Source: a virus. Taken from it: a stretch of DNA of 64,000 nucleotides. Each line of letters starts with the position of its first letter. Within the stretch, counting starts at the first letter, position 1. This document shows positions 45,907 to 55,288 of the stretch, one piece after another. Position numbers and translations under genes: made by a program. The notes beneath the pieces were generated by a model, which saw only the letters and a list, made by a program, of their open reading frames with translations, was not told the origin of the DNA and searched no databases. The stretch spans positions 14,524 to 78,523 of IMG/VR virus record IMGVR_UViG_3300045988_133226; one strand, written 5' to 3'.

Positions 45907-46176
45907 ATGTATGTAAAGATTGGAGACGAAATTGCTTTTCATCCTGGCGCATGCTTAGAAGAATTTGTTGAATCTTGCAGGATGACTCCTTATCAGCTTG
46001 CGAGTAAAATTGGCATGGATGTTGATTATGTTCAAGGGTTGATTGACGGATCACAAAGTGTTACAAAAGAATTTGCGAAAACAATGGCAGACCATTATGG
46101 GTTTGCTGATGATGGGCAGCTCTGGTTAAATTTGCAAGAAACATTTGATAAGAAAGTAGGTGATAGAGATGTTTAA
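45907..46176 (+). CDS. HigA-like XRE-family HTH protein (antitoxin-like)
   Basis: IAFHPGACLEEFVESCRMTPYQLASKIGMDVDYVQGLIDGSQSVTKEFAKTMADHYGF matches the HigA pattern (HPGE.L.EEF...LA..lgv....v..i..G.r.it.e.A..l...fG). Confidence 0.5.
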   Translation: MYVKIGDEIAFHPGACLEEFVESCRMTPYQLASKIGMDVDYVQGLIDGSQSVTKEFAKTMADHYGFADDGQLWLNLQETFDKKVGDRDV

Positions 46177-46672
46177 TTTGTTGAAAAGTGATGTAAAATT
46201 TGACAAGGAATATACCGTTAAAGAATTTATTGAAGAAATGATGCAAACAAGAGTTGGGGATTGGGGATGTATCAATATTTATGATAATGCGAAGCGTATT
46301 GAACAATTAGAATATGATACGGCAGGATATTATGTTGCATCAGACAATGAAGATCATAAGATTAAAAAGGCATATGCAGTCCGTAGAGGCTCAAGAACGG
46401 ATTATAATATCTGTATTGAATATCAAAAACAGAAGCCGAATAAAGCAGCAAAAGGTTCACTTCGATTCATTGTCAAAAAACCAAATGAGGAAGAATCAGT
46501 GGTGGTTATTTTTAAGAACAAATCCGATGGCACATATTCATTTGTTAATTTGACAAAAGAGCATATTTGTTCATGTAAATTTAAAACAATTGAGGAAGCC
46601 ATTCAGGATATGAATGACCGACTAAGGAAAGGATTGATTGAATCATATGTTGTGAAAGGAGAAAGAAAATAA
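46169..46672 (+). CDS. hypothetical protein
   Basis: ATG 46169 after GTAGGTGatagag. Confidence 0.45.
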   Translation: MFNLLKSDVKFDKEYTVKEFIEEMMQTRVGDWGCINIYDNAKRIEQLEYDTAGYYVASDNEDHKIKKAYAVRRGSRTDYNICIEYQKQKPNKAAKGSLRFIVKKPNEEESVVVIFKNKSDGTYSFVNLTKEHICSCKFKTIEEAIQDMNDRLRKGLIESYVVKGERK

Positions 46673-47010
46673 TGGATATACATATTGGAGATTTTTGGCA
46701 GAGTAAATGTAATCCAAAAGTAATTCAACATGTAGTTAATTTTTCATTTAGAATGGGTGGATTTCCAAGTAGTAAAGATATGCTACTGATCTGTGAAGAA
46801 TTTCATTATACAAGGATAGGTGAGAATCCTGCCTCTGTCGAAGAAGATTCCAGATTCTTCTCACATATTACAGTGGATAATTTTAAAAAGATGAATCAAT
46901 GTATTCTAAGTGCTGAGAGGATTATGAAAGATACTCAGGCATTTAAAACAGATAAAGATATTTTGGATTATTTAACGAAGAAAGTGGAGGAGAAATTAAA
47001 TGCAAAATAA
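46672..47010 (+). CDS. hypothetical protein
   Basis: RBS GAAAGGAGaaagaaaataATG. Confidence 0.45.
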   Translation: MDIHIGDFWQSKCNPKVIQHVVNFSFRMGGFPSSKDMLLICEEFHYTRIGENPASVEEDSRFFSHITVDNFKKMNQCILSAERIMKDTQAFKTDKDILDYLTKKVEEKLNAK

Positions 47011-47482
47011 TATATTTCAGATTTATTTGGCTGGCGGTATGCAAAACTTATCGTTTACAAAACAAAATGAGTGGCGAGAAAAAATTCGTAAATCACTTAT
47101 CAGTCGATGTAAAAAAACATGTGCCGATACCAAGCCAATGAATATTATTAACCCTGTAGATTATTATAATTTTAAAGAAAAATTATTCGATACAGAGAAA
47201 GAAGTGATGCGATTTGATACCAACTTTGTTAGAAACAGCGATCTTGTAATTGTTAATGCAAATGATCCGAAAAGCATTGGAACGTCTATGGAGATTGCGA
47301 TCGCATATGAACATCATATTCCTGTACTGATTCTGAACAAAGATATTGAACCATTACATGCTTGGTGGATTGAGATGTCTGATAGAGTGTTTAGAGATTC
47401 TGACAGTTTATGCGATTATGTTACAGATTTCTACTTGACGATGAAGCATTATAATTGGGAGCATAACGTGACAATGAAATAG
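47000..47482 (+). CDS. nucleoside 2-deoxyribosyltransferase-like protein
   Basis: N-terminal IYLAGGMQN and C-terminal DLVIVNANDPKSIGTSMEIAIAYEHHIPVLIL match the Ndt-family pattern (YLAGPFF ... D.GT.fE.GyA.a.gkPv). Confidence 0.5.
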   Translation: MQNNIFQIYLAGGMQNLSFTKQNEWREKIRKSLISRCKKTCADTKPMNIINPVDYYNFKEKLFDTEKEVMRFDTNFVRNSDLVIVNANDPKSIGTSMEIAIAYEHHIPVLILNKDIEPLHAWWIEMSDRVFRDSDSLCDYVTDFYLTMKHYNWEHNVTMK

Positions 47483-47624
47483 GAATTTGAGGCGAAATGA
47501 AAGGAGTTGAAACATTATCACGGCAGAAAAACAAGGTAAGTTTATTATTTTCCATCTGGATGATGGTAAAACTTGCAAATATGATTTATCAAATGGTGAT
47601 TGCTATGGCAAGAGCGGCAAGAAA

Positions 47625-48659
47625 GTGAAAGCTTTGAACAATATTCTGTCTGGACATTCAGCTGATGAATTGGATAAATTGTTTGTGTCCGATCCACATT
47701 ATGCAGAGTTTCTAAAATATGTAAATTGGCGAAGAAATTGTGAAATGGGAAGAACTACATGGGGCTTCATTGATTATAATTTAGGAACTTTGTTTGAATA
47801 TGCAAGTAAGTATTCTATGTGCGAGCAGTTCTTTGCTATAGGGTTTACACACAAACAAGTCACAGAAGATTTTAAATATTCAATTAATGAAGTACCAAAA
47901 TGGTTGAGAAATTATTGTCTTGGTGTGAAGAATAGACGATTGTTAAGTAATGATTTTGTTGATTTTTATAAGATGTATCCAGATTATGTACAAACGATTT
48001 TACAGACAGAGTATATGACATTAACTAAAGAATATTTAATAAATTTCTTTGAGGATAATCATAGATATCGTTTTACGAAAATTTTGGAGGCTTTAAATCA
48101 GGATTATGGCTATAATCTTGCAGATGTGTTTGTTTATATAGATAGAATAATTACATTTGAAGCTGCTACCAATAGTATAAATTGGTTACTCGGAGAATTG
48201 CGTGATTATGCCCGTATGATGGACGCAATCAGTCATAAATTTGATAGATATCCAAGACATTTCAAAACAACAATGGATATTGTCACAAGAAATTACAAAA
48301 GATTACAAAAAGAATTTTCGGAAGAAGTCTTTAAGAGCCGTATTAATAAAGAATACGAATTTACATATAAAGGACTGAGATTCTTTTATCCAGACTCCAC
48401 TCAAGACATTAAAGACGAAGCGGTGCAGCAAAATAATTGTGTGGCAAGTTACATAGATCGAGTCATTGATGGCGAATGCCACATTATGTTCTTAAGAAGA
48501 GTAAAAGAACCAGACAAATCGTTAGTGACGATTGAAATACAAAATGGACGAATCGTACAAGCACTGCAAAGATTCAATGATCCTTTAACCGCTAATCAAC
48601 AAGAAGCGGTCGATGCATGGAATGAACATTTTAGCAAGAAAGGTAAGGTGGCAGCATGA
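47625..48659 (+). CDS. hypothetical protein (344 aa)
   Basis: GTG/TTG start only; preceded by a 45-aa ORF (47497-47634) in another frame. Confidence 0.45.
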   Translation: MKALNNILSGHSADELDKLFVSDPHYAEFLKYVNWRRNCEMGRTTWGFIDYNLGTLFEYASKYSMCEQFFAIGFTHKQVTEDFKYSINEVPKWLRNYCLGVKNRRLLSNDFVDFYKMYPDYVQTILQTEYMTLTKEYLINFFEDNHRYRFTKILEALNQDYGYNLADVFVYIDRIITFEAATNSINWLLGELRDYARMMDAISHKFDRYPRHFKTTMDIVTRNYKRLQKEFSEEVFKSRINKEYEFTYKGLRFFYPDSTQDIKDEAVQQNNCVASYIDRVIDGECHIMFLRRVKEPDKSLVTIEIQNGRIVQALQRFNDPLTANQQEAVDAWNEHFSKKGKVAA

Positions 48660-49189
48660 TCAATATTCATGAATTAACTACAGATCATAAGATTAAATTA
48701 AAGAAGCCAATGGGATGCTTCGATAATCTTGGCGAGGTATGCGAGATTGTTAAGATTGATACAGATGAAAATGTTATCAATTTTAGATTTGGTGTAGATG
48801 GAGTGCATCTTGGTGTGATGTCGGGAGATGAATTAGAAAAATATTTTGATGTTATTGAACCTGCTGTTGCGCCAGATGATTATGAGTGGCATCCATATGG
48901 GTTTATTGACGGATATCAGGTTGAATATCGGGCGGATGTCAATGGAGGAATTCATATGAGCATTGGTTATAATGGATCAATTATTTCAGTTTCATATAAC
49001 CATCCAGAAATTGGATATCGTACAATTCAAAATGGACAGCAGGGTAAATTTTATGAAAATGATTTAAAGGTTGCATTTTTCAAATTACAGAAATCATATT
49101 ATGATCAATTATATAAAGATGTTCACTATGAAGTTGAATCTGAGTATTTTGCTAAGAGAGACGAATGTGGTCTTGAGCTTAATGAATAG
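48656..49189 (+). CDS. hypothetical protein
   Basis: ATGA overlap; RBS AAAGGTAAGGTGGcagcATG. Confidence 0.5.
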   Translation: MINIHELTTDHKIKLKKPMGCFDNLGEVCEIVKIDTDENVINFRFGVDGVHLGVMSGDELEKYFDVIEPAVAPDDYEWHPYGFIDGYQVEYRADVNGGIHMSIGYNGSIISVSYNHPEIGYRTIQNGQQGKFYENDLKVAFFKLQKSYYDQLYKDVHYEVESEYFAKRDECGLELNE

Positions 49190-49200
49190 TAGAAGTAACT

Positions 49201-49419
49201 ATGAAGGATGTAAAATTGATAATCCAATTAGCAAGTATTCTCATAGCATGTGTCGTTTATGTTGGAATATGGTGCTGGATTTATGACAATAGAGATGAAT
49301 ACTTATATATATCATATCCAAAAGGGATTCCTGGAAGATTCTTGAGTATGTTCTCTCAAATATGGTGTGTTATACATATTGTTGGTGCTATAGGTGCAAT
49401 TATATGGGCTTGGTGTTAG
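49201..49419 (+). CDS. small membrane protein
   Basis: two hydrophobic helices; weak RBS. Confidence 0.35.
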   Translation: MKDVKLIIQLASILIACVVYVGIWCWIYDNRDEYLYISYPKGIPGRFLSMFSQIWCVIHIVGAIGAIIWAWC

Positions 49420-49435
49420 AAAGAGGTGATGTAAA

Positions 49436-49834
49436 ATGTGCGATTTTAAGGTTGGAGATAAGGTGTATTTTGCTTGGTATGATGAACCATATACTGTTAA
49501 GTCTGGAATCATTACGGAGATTAAATGTCTTGGCGATCTAATATATATAATGATACAAGACAGTATAACGCATGGTTTATATATGGTTCTTTTAGAAGAG
49601 ATATATCGCACTGAATCAGAAATAAAAGCGGTTCTAAAACGAGAGTTTTATGGCAAGGTAAATGAGGTTAAAAAAGACATTCATACCTTAGAAGATTTGC
49701 TGAAATTTATGTATGACAATGATCTCACAAATTGGTCATCACCACATATAAATGGTTGGCAGACAGATTGGGTAAGTCGTGTTGCAGTACGAGAACTGGC
49801 AAAAGAAATTTGCGGTATTGAGTTAGGAGAGTAA
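49436..49834 (+). CDS. hypothetical protein
   Basis: RBS GAAAGAGGTGatgtaaaATG. Confidence 0.5.
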   Translation: MCDFKVGDKVYFAWYDEPYTVKSGIITEIKCLGDLIYIMIQDSITHGLYMVLLEEIYRTESEIKAVLKREFYGKVNEVKKDIHTLEDLLKFMYDNDLTNWSSPHINGWQTDWVSRVAVRELAKEICGIELGE

Positions 49835-49839
49835 TGTAG

Positions 49840-50481
49840 ATGGAGAAGAAACTTTTGTGCGCATATTGTCGAAAGCTAGTTGATTATGAACTTGAAACAA
49901 GGTTTACAATTGTTCCAATGATAGGTGAAAGAATTTCGTTTGCAGAGACATATGGTATTTGTAAGATTTGTGGAAGGGAAATTTTTATTCCAGAGGTACA
50001 TGATCATAACATGGAAGCTATGGACAGAGTATATCGGATTACAAAAGAGCGAAAGGGGAATTTAGCAATGAATCAAACCTATCAAAATTGTGGTATGTAC
50101 TGCAAGGCACAGAATTATTATACTAATAAGTGGATTACTGGGACATACATCGGTAAAGGATGGTTATTATTCCCAAGATGTGAACCAGCAGACCATAGTG
50201 CTATGTATGGGTGTCAAGTAAAAGAAGATACCATTTGTCAATCAACTGGCAGAGAAAATGAATTCGAATATGATGTTGTACAATTGGTTGATGATGACGA
50301 AGACGTATATTTGATTATTTATAATGATGAAGATTTGGCGTGGCAGATGTTATCTGTTTATGGTTCTGATATGATTGATTTAGGAGAAATTAAACCAGAT
50401 CAATATGTGAAACTTGGCAATATCAAAGAAGATGATTATTGGAGAAAGGAATGGGAAAGACAGAGTGAAAAAAGAAAATAA
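49840..50481 (+). CDS. hypothetical Cys-rich protein
   Basis: RBS tAGGAGagtaatgtagATG; CAYCRK...CKICGRE zinc-ribbon-like. Confidence 0.5.
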   Translation: MEKKLLCAYCRKLVDYELETRFTIVPMIGERISFAETYGICKICGREIFIPEVHDHNMEAMDRVYRITKERKGNLAMNQTYQNCGMYCKAQNYYTNKWITGTYIGKGWLLFPRCEPADHSAMYGCQVKEDTICQSTGRENEFEYDVVQLVDDDEDVYLIIYNDEDLAWQMLSVYGSDMIDLGEIKPDQYVKLGNIKEDDYWRKEWERQSEKRK

Positions 50482-50911
50482 TAAAGTATTTACATACGGG
50501 CAGTTAGAAAAATTAAGAGATAGTTTAACACTTCCAATGAATGAGGTTGAATCAAATAAGCGAGATCATATACTTCGAAAATATTATAATATATGTAGTT
50601 TACTTGATACGTTTCAACTGACGAAACCGCTAGTTGATGAACTAAAATGTCAGCCGATTGCAGCGAGATATTTTGTTTTTTCGCTATGGAACGAATTGGT
50701 AAATTCGTGTATTAATGCTTGCGACACATTGACTGTGAACGACATAGAGAATCGAGATTCCAAAAACCTATTATCTACTAAAATCAATGCGGCACAGTAC
50801 ATCCATGTATTAAATGATATGATTTCCGTAAATGATTATACAACAATTCAAGATGAAGCGTTGCAGTTTGCAATTGATACAATTAAGGAGAAATATAATG
50901 GAGAAAAGTAA
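50414..50911 (+). CDS. hypothetical protein (start uncertain)
   Basis: ORF overlaps the upstream gene by 67 nt; no clear RBS. Confidence 0.35.
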   Translation: MAISKKMIIGERNGKDRVKKENNKVFTYGQLEKLRDSLTLPMNEVESNKRDHILRKYYNICSLLDTFQLTKPLVDELKCQPIAARYFVFSLWNELVNSCINACDTLTVNDIENRDSKNLLSTKINAAQYIHVLNDMISVNDYTTIQDEALQFAIDTIKEKYNGEK

Positions 50912-51122
50912 ACGGCATACACCTGAAGAAATTTTAAATGCATTGCATGTAATTCAGGATACATGTGAGTATTATCTTCATGGCAATGATGAAGATTGCA
51001 AAAAATGCCCATTATGTACAATGACAGGGAGGGCGCCAAGTTGCACGATTAGAGATTCTGATCCTTATGTTTGGGAGATTGATGATGATCCAGATACTAC
51101 GTGGCGAGCATTTGGAAAGTAG
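50898..51122 (+). CDS. small Cys-rich protein, paralog A of a tandem pair
   Basis: ATG 50898 after AAGGAGaaatataATG; ...VIQDTCEYYLHGNDEDCKKCPLC... vs ...TIQDICSLNKDDCGCSIKCPF... in the next gene. Confidence 0.45.
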   Translation: MEKSKRHTPEEILNALHVIQDTCEYYLHGNDEDCKKCPLCTMTGRAPSCTIRDSDPYVWEIDDDPDTTWRAFGK

Positions 51123-51133
51123 GAGGTGTTTAT

Positions 51134-51370
51134 ATGGATGAGAAAAATTATGGAGAGTATACAGATGAAGAAGTAGCAAAATCATTAAAAACAATTCAAG
51201 ATATTTGTTCGCTTAATAAAGATGATTGTGGTTGTAGTATTAAATGCCCATTTTTAGAACTACAGGATGGAGGAGCTAGACAAATATGTTCTATCATCGA
51301 TAATCGTCCTACTGATTGGAGATTAAACAAATTCCCACCTAAGCGATGGGAACCTTTTTACAAGGGATAA
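51134..51370 (+). CDS. small Cys-rich protein, paralog B of a tandem pair
   Basis: ATG 51134 after GTAGGAGGTGtttatATG. Confidence 0.45.
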   Translation: MDEKNYGEYTDEEVAKSLKTIQDICSLNKDDCGCSIKCPFLELQDGGARQICSIIDNRPTDWRLNKFPPKRWEPFYKG

Positions 51371-51399
51371 TTACATAAACACAAGTAAATAAAGGAGAA

Positions 51400-51942
51400 A
51401 TGTCGTTGAAATTAAATGACGAACAGAGAAAATTGGTAGAACAAAATCATAATTTGATTTACTCTGCTATGACAAAATGCGGTATCCGCAGACAAGATTT
51501 TGATGACTATTATGGATTCGCTGCTATTGGGTTGTGTAAGGCAGCAATTGATTATGATAAAACACGATCTAAATCATTTTCGACATATGCGTATTTATGT
51601 ATACAAAATGAAATAACGGTATATAACAAATACAGATTTCGGCAGAGAAGAAAGGGTGATATGAATACTATTTCATATAATCATATGTTAGATGATTGGG
51701 ATGAAGACAAAAATGAAAATTCATTTCTTTTAAAGGATGAAGAAAATTTTGAAAAAAATATTATTTTCAAGTTGAATTTTCAAGATAAATGTTACACACT
51801 AAATAATAAGGACAGAATGATTGTTGATTTAAAATCAAAAGGTTATACATATCAAGAAATCGCAAAAATGTTTGGTACATCATTTCAAGCAATACAACAA
51901 AAGATTAAAAAAATGCGATCAACAACATTTTCCAGATTATAA
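51400..51942 (+). CDS. sigma-70 family RNA polymerase sigma factor (second copy)
   Basis: same N-terminus as the first (LNDEQRKLVEQNHNLIYSAM vs LNDEQRKLIEDNYSLIWHLH); region 2-like GFAAIGLCKAAIDYDKTRSKSFSTYAYLCIQNEI; C-terminal HTH YQEIAKMFGTSFQAIQQKIKKMR. Confidence 0.6.
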   Translation: MSLKLNDEQRKLVEQNHNLIYSAMTKCGIRRQDFDDYYGFAAIGLCKAAIDYDKTRSKSFSTYAYLCIQNEITVYNKYRFRQRRKGDMNTISYNHMLDDWDEDKNENSFLLKDEENFEKNIIFKLNFQDKCYTLNNKDRMIVDLKSKGYTYQEIAKMFGTSFQAIQQKIKKMRSTTFSRL

Positions 51943-52151
51943 AAGTTGAATAACGCAAACAACTTTTATTATTTTTTTGACGCATTTGTTATAAATGTAT
52001 TAGAACGATTATAGCAATATAAGACGATCAGATAAAATTATTTTTTGTTCCTGTTGGCTTTGGCAGAGTTGACAGTGGATATAAATTGATGACTTATTTA
52101 CAAACTAAAAACTAACTAAACAAATTTAATAACAGAAAGAGGTAAATTTAT

Positions 52152-53273
52152 TTGGCAGAAAACACAAAATCTAAAAGACTTTTCAACTTACCAGAAACTA
52201 AAGGTACATTTCAGTTAGAAGGATTAATCACTGATTGTGCAAAAGACGACTTTTACAAGGAAGGTAAAACGCAGAAAGGCAAAGATAAACGAACGTTATC
52301 TTTCGGAGTTAAGGTAGAACCTGACGTAAAAGTTAAATGTAAAATCCAGGCATTTGAAAAACCAAAAGTTTATTTCCTTAAAAGAGAAAAGAACGGTAAA
52401 AAAACTACATACAAAACTAAGGATATTCCTTGGGCTGACCGTTTTAAATCTGTTAAGGAGCTTGGGCTTGGAGATGATTGGTCATTAATTGGCTCAAGAG
52501 TTGGTCTTGAGAAAGAGACTAATGACAAAGGACAGGTCGTTAACAAAAAACTGGTATTAGATCCATTTGATTTAACAAAATATGCTTCAGAACATATGGC
52601 AGACAACCAGAGTGTATTCATTAAAGGAGATATTGAATATGGAAGTTTTACTGGGGAAAACGGAACTAAACGCCAGTGGTCAAGAATGTCTCCAACACAG
52701 ATTAGTTTAACAAGTAAAGAAATTGATCTTGATGATGAGGAGCATAAAGTAAGATCTGATTTTAAACAGACAATGGTTTTTACAAATATTGAACAGGAAA
52801 AAGAAGATGATGTGCCAACAGGACGTTTTATCGTTTATGGAAAGATTATTGGTTATTCATCTGTTGATGATGCTGAATTCTATATGACAAATAAGAAATT
52901 AGCAAAAACTTTTAAGAAGAATGTTAAGCCATATTCATCTATTGAAGTTTGGGGACATATTAAGACAGAAATTCAGACAGAAGAAGTTGAAGTAGAAGAT
53001 GATGGATGGGGAGAAGCAGATCCTACAAAGAGAGTCGTAGATTCTGCAAGAAAAGAACTTATTATCACTGGCGCAAGCAAAGATAGTATTGATTCAGAAA
53101 CATACACCAGAGAAGCAATTGATGCAGCGATTGAAGCTATTAAAAAGGCAGAAGCAGCAAGAAGTGATTTCGGTGAGTCTGATGACGAACAGACAAGTAG
53201 CTCTTCTACAGATGATGAATGGGGATCTGGTTTTGATGATTCTTCAGATGATGCTGAAGGCGATGTTTGGTAA
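52152..53273 (+). CDS. possible ssDNA-binding protein (acidic C-terminal tail)
   Basis: TTG start after AAAGAGGtaaattta; C-terminal DDEQTSSSSTDDEWGSGFDDSSDDAEGDVW resembles SSB acidic tails; first gene of the replication module. Confidence 0.35.
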   Translation: MAENTKSKRLFNLPETKGTFQLEGLITDCAKDDFYKEGKTQKGKDKRTLSFGVKVEPDVKVKCKIQAFEKPKVYFLKREKNGKKTTYKTKDIPWADRFKSVKELGLGDDWSLIGSRVGLEKETNDKGQVVNKKLVLDPFDLTKYASEHMADNQSVFIKGDIEYGSFTGENGTKRQWSRMSPTQISLTSKEIDLDDEEHKVRSDFKQTMVFTNIEQEKEDDVPTGRFIVYGKIIGYSSVDDAEFYMTNKKLAKTFKKNVKPYSSIEVWGHIKTEIQTEEVEVEDDGWGEADPTKRVVDSARKELIITGASKDSIDSETYTREAIDAAIEAIKKAEAARSDFGESDDEQTSSSSTDDEWGSGFDDSSDDAEGDVW

Positions 53274-53337
53274 GAACAATTCTAAATCATTTCACAAATA
53301 AATAACAAAACAATATATACATAAAGGAGTTTTACAT

Positions 53338-54525
53338 TTGGCAAAAGCAAGAAAAGCAGCAAAAACACAGAGTAAATTGATGACTATTATTTATGGAGAA
53401 CCTTTTACTGGTAAAAGTACACTGGCAATGCAGTTAGCGTATTTTAAACGCCCAGATGGGAAGCCTTTCAGAGTCTTATACCTAGACTCTGAATCAGGAA
53501 GTATTGATGATTATTTACCAGAATTAGAGGAAAATGGTGTAAATCTCGAAAACATTTACATTGTTTACACTCAGAGCTTAGGAGAAGTAAGACATTATAT
53601 TGATACAGTTAAAACAAACGGTGACTTCTACGAGCTTGATGACGATGGAGAAGAAACTGATGATGTAGTTTTAGACGCAGATGGTCTTCCATTTAGAGCT
53701 GACGCAATTGTTGTAGATGGATCAACAATCTTAAATCTGACTACAAAACAGGGATTGATTGAGTTCTCTAAGAAAAGAAATCGTGTAAAAGCGGATGCTG
53801 CAAATATGACAGGTGAAGCCAGACTTGTCAAGATTGAAGGTGCAGGTATGGAATTAAAAGATTACCAGACTGTAAACTTCAAAGGTCAGGATTTAATTCT
53901 TGATTTATTAGCTTCTGGAGCGCATTGTGTTGTAACAGCAAGAGAAAAAGATGAAACAGAATCTAAGATGATTGATGGTAAAAGAGAAACTGTTACGACA
54001 GGTCGTAAGATTATTGACGGATTTAAAGGTATGGATTATAACGCAAAAACAGTAATTCGTACATTCGTTGATAGTGAAACTGACATGGTTTGTGCTCAGA
54101 TTGTAAAAGATAGAACGCATACATATAAAAAGAACGAGATTGTAGAAGATCCACAGATGTTAGCTTGGCAGAAAGTTATTGATAATTCTGTTGGAAACAA
54201 AGAGTTTACACTTGGTAATGCTCTTACAAAAGCAGTAGATGTTGAACAGAAAATCTATAAGAGAGAAATTCTTGGAGAAGCAGGTAAGCCAGTTTCTGAA
54301 GAGGAAGCAGAAAAAGAAGAATCTGGTGTAACTAATGACAGAGTTTCCAATAATGAAGATTCTGTTGAGGCAGTTAGAAAGCGAATTATTAATATGATTA
54401 AACAGATGACACCTCCAGAGAAACAGGAGATGAAAGACAAGCTTGTGAAAGAAGGATTACCTACTACAATTACACGAATTAAAGATCTTGGACAGTTGAA
54501 AAAGATTGAGGAAGTTTTATCATAA
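53338..54525 (+). CDS. RecA-like / AAA_24-type ATPase (Sak4-like recombination or replication ATPase)
   Basis: Walker A IIYGEPFTGKSTLAMQLA near the N-terminus; TTG start after AAAGGAGttttaca. Confidence 0.5.
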   Translation: MAKARKAAKTQSKLMTIIYGEPFTGKSTLAMQLAYFKRPDGKPFRVLYLDSESGSIDDYLPELEENGVNLENIYIVYTQSLGEVRHYIDTVKTNGDFYELDDDGEETDDVVLDADGLPFRADAIVVDGSTILNLTTKQGLIEFSKKRNRVKADAANMTGEARLVKIEGAGMELKDYQTVNFKGQDLILDLLASGAHCVVTAREKDETESKMIDGKRETVTTGRKIIDGFKGMDYNAKTVIRTFVDSETDMVCAQIVKDRTHTYKKNEIVEDPQMLAWQKVIDNSVGNKEFTLGNALTKAVDVEQKIYKREILGEAGKPVSEEEAEKEESGVTNDRVSNNEDSVEAVRKRIINMIKQMTPPEKQEMKDKLVKEGLPTTITRIKDLGQLKKIEEVLS

Positions 54526-54592
54526 AAGGATTTATGTGGCAGCCCTTTTGGGCTGTCTGATCCTTAGATATTAAGTGAGGAGTAACTGTAGT

Positions 54593-55288
54593 ATGGCAGA
54601 TGTTTTAACAGTAAAATGTGCTTATTGTAAAGAAGTAATTGAACTTGATTTAGATAAAGTACAAGAGATTGTTAAATATGACAATAGTTATTATCACAAA
54701 GAATGTTTCCGCAAAATGTGTGAAGCAAAATTATTATCCAAAAATACTAAACATGATAAATGGTTATCTGCATTATCTAAGATTGACGAATATAATCAGA
54801 AAGCACGATTGTTACTTGAACCAAGATTATTAGAAGACAAAGTATATCGATTTATTCTTGATAATTATAATTACATTGGTTCTGTACCAGCATATATTTT
54901 TACAAAATTGAAAAGCATTTACAAAGGTACATATCGTGGTTTGGCGAAACCAATTCCGCCAAGTGACCTTTTGGATATGTGGAAGCGTCAAATGAAATAT
55001 CTTAAGAAAAATCGAACATTTTTAATACAAAAAGGAACGATGGATAAAGATAACCCAACACACCAGGTTAATTATGATTTAGCAGTTTTAGTGGGAAAAT
55101 ATGATAGTTATTTACGATGGAAAGAGAAACAGAAATTAAATGAAGTAGACAAAAAGAATAATGAAAAATTTGCAAAATCTTTTGTTGAAACAAATAATAT
55201 CACAACTCAAAAAACTGTAGTAACAGCCACACAAGACGATAACATGGATGACATTTTAAGTGATATTTTTGGTGAGGGACTTGATTGA
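54593..55288 (+). CDS. hypothetical zinc-finger protein
   Basis: ATG 54593 after GTGAGGAGtaactgtagt; CAYCKE...YHKECF. Confidence 0.45.
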   Translation: MADVLTVKCAYCKEVIELDLDKVQEIVKYDNSYYHKECFRKMCEAKLLSKNTKHDKWLSALSKIDEYNQKARLLLEPRLLEDKVYRFILDNYNYIGSVPAYIFTKLKSIYKGTYRGLAKPIPPSDLLDMWKRQMKYLKKNRTFLIQKGTMDKDNPTHQVNYDLAVLVGKYDSYLRWKEKQKLNEVDKKNNEKFAKSFVETNNITTQKTVVTATQDDNMDDILSDIFGEGLD

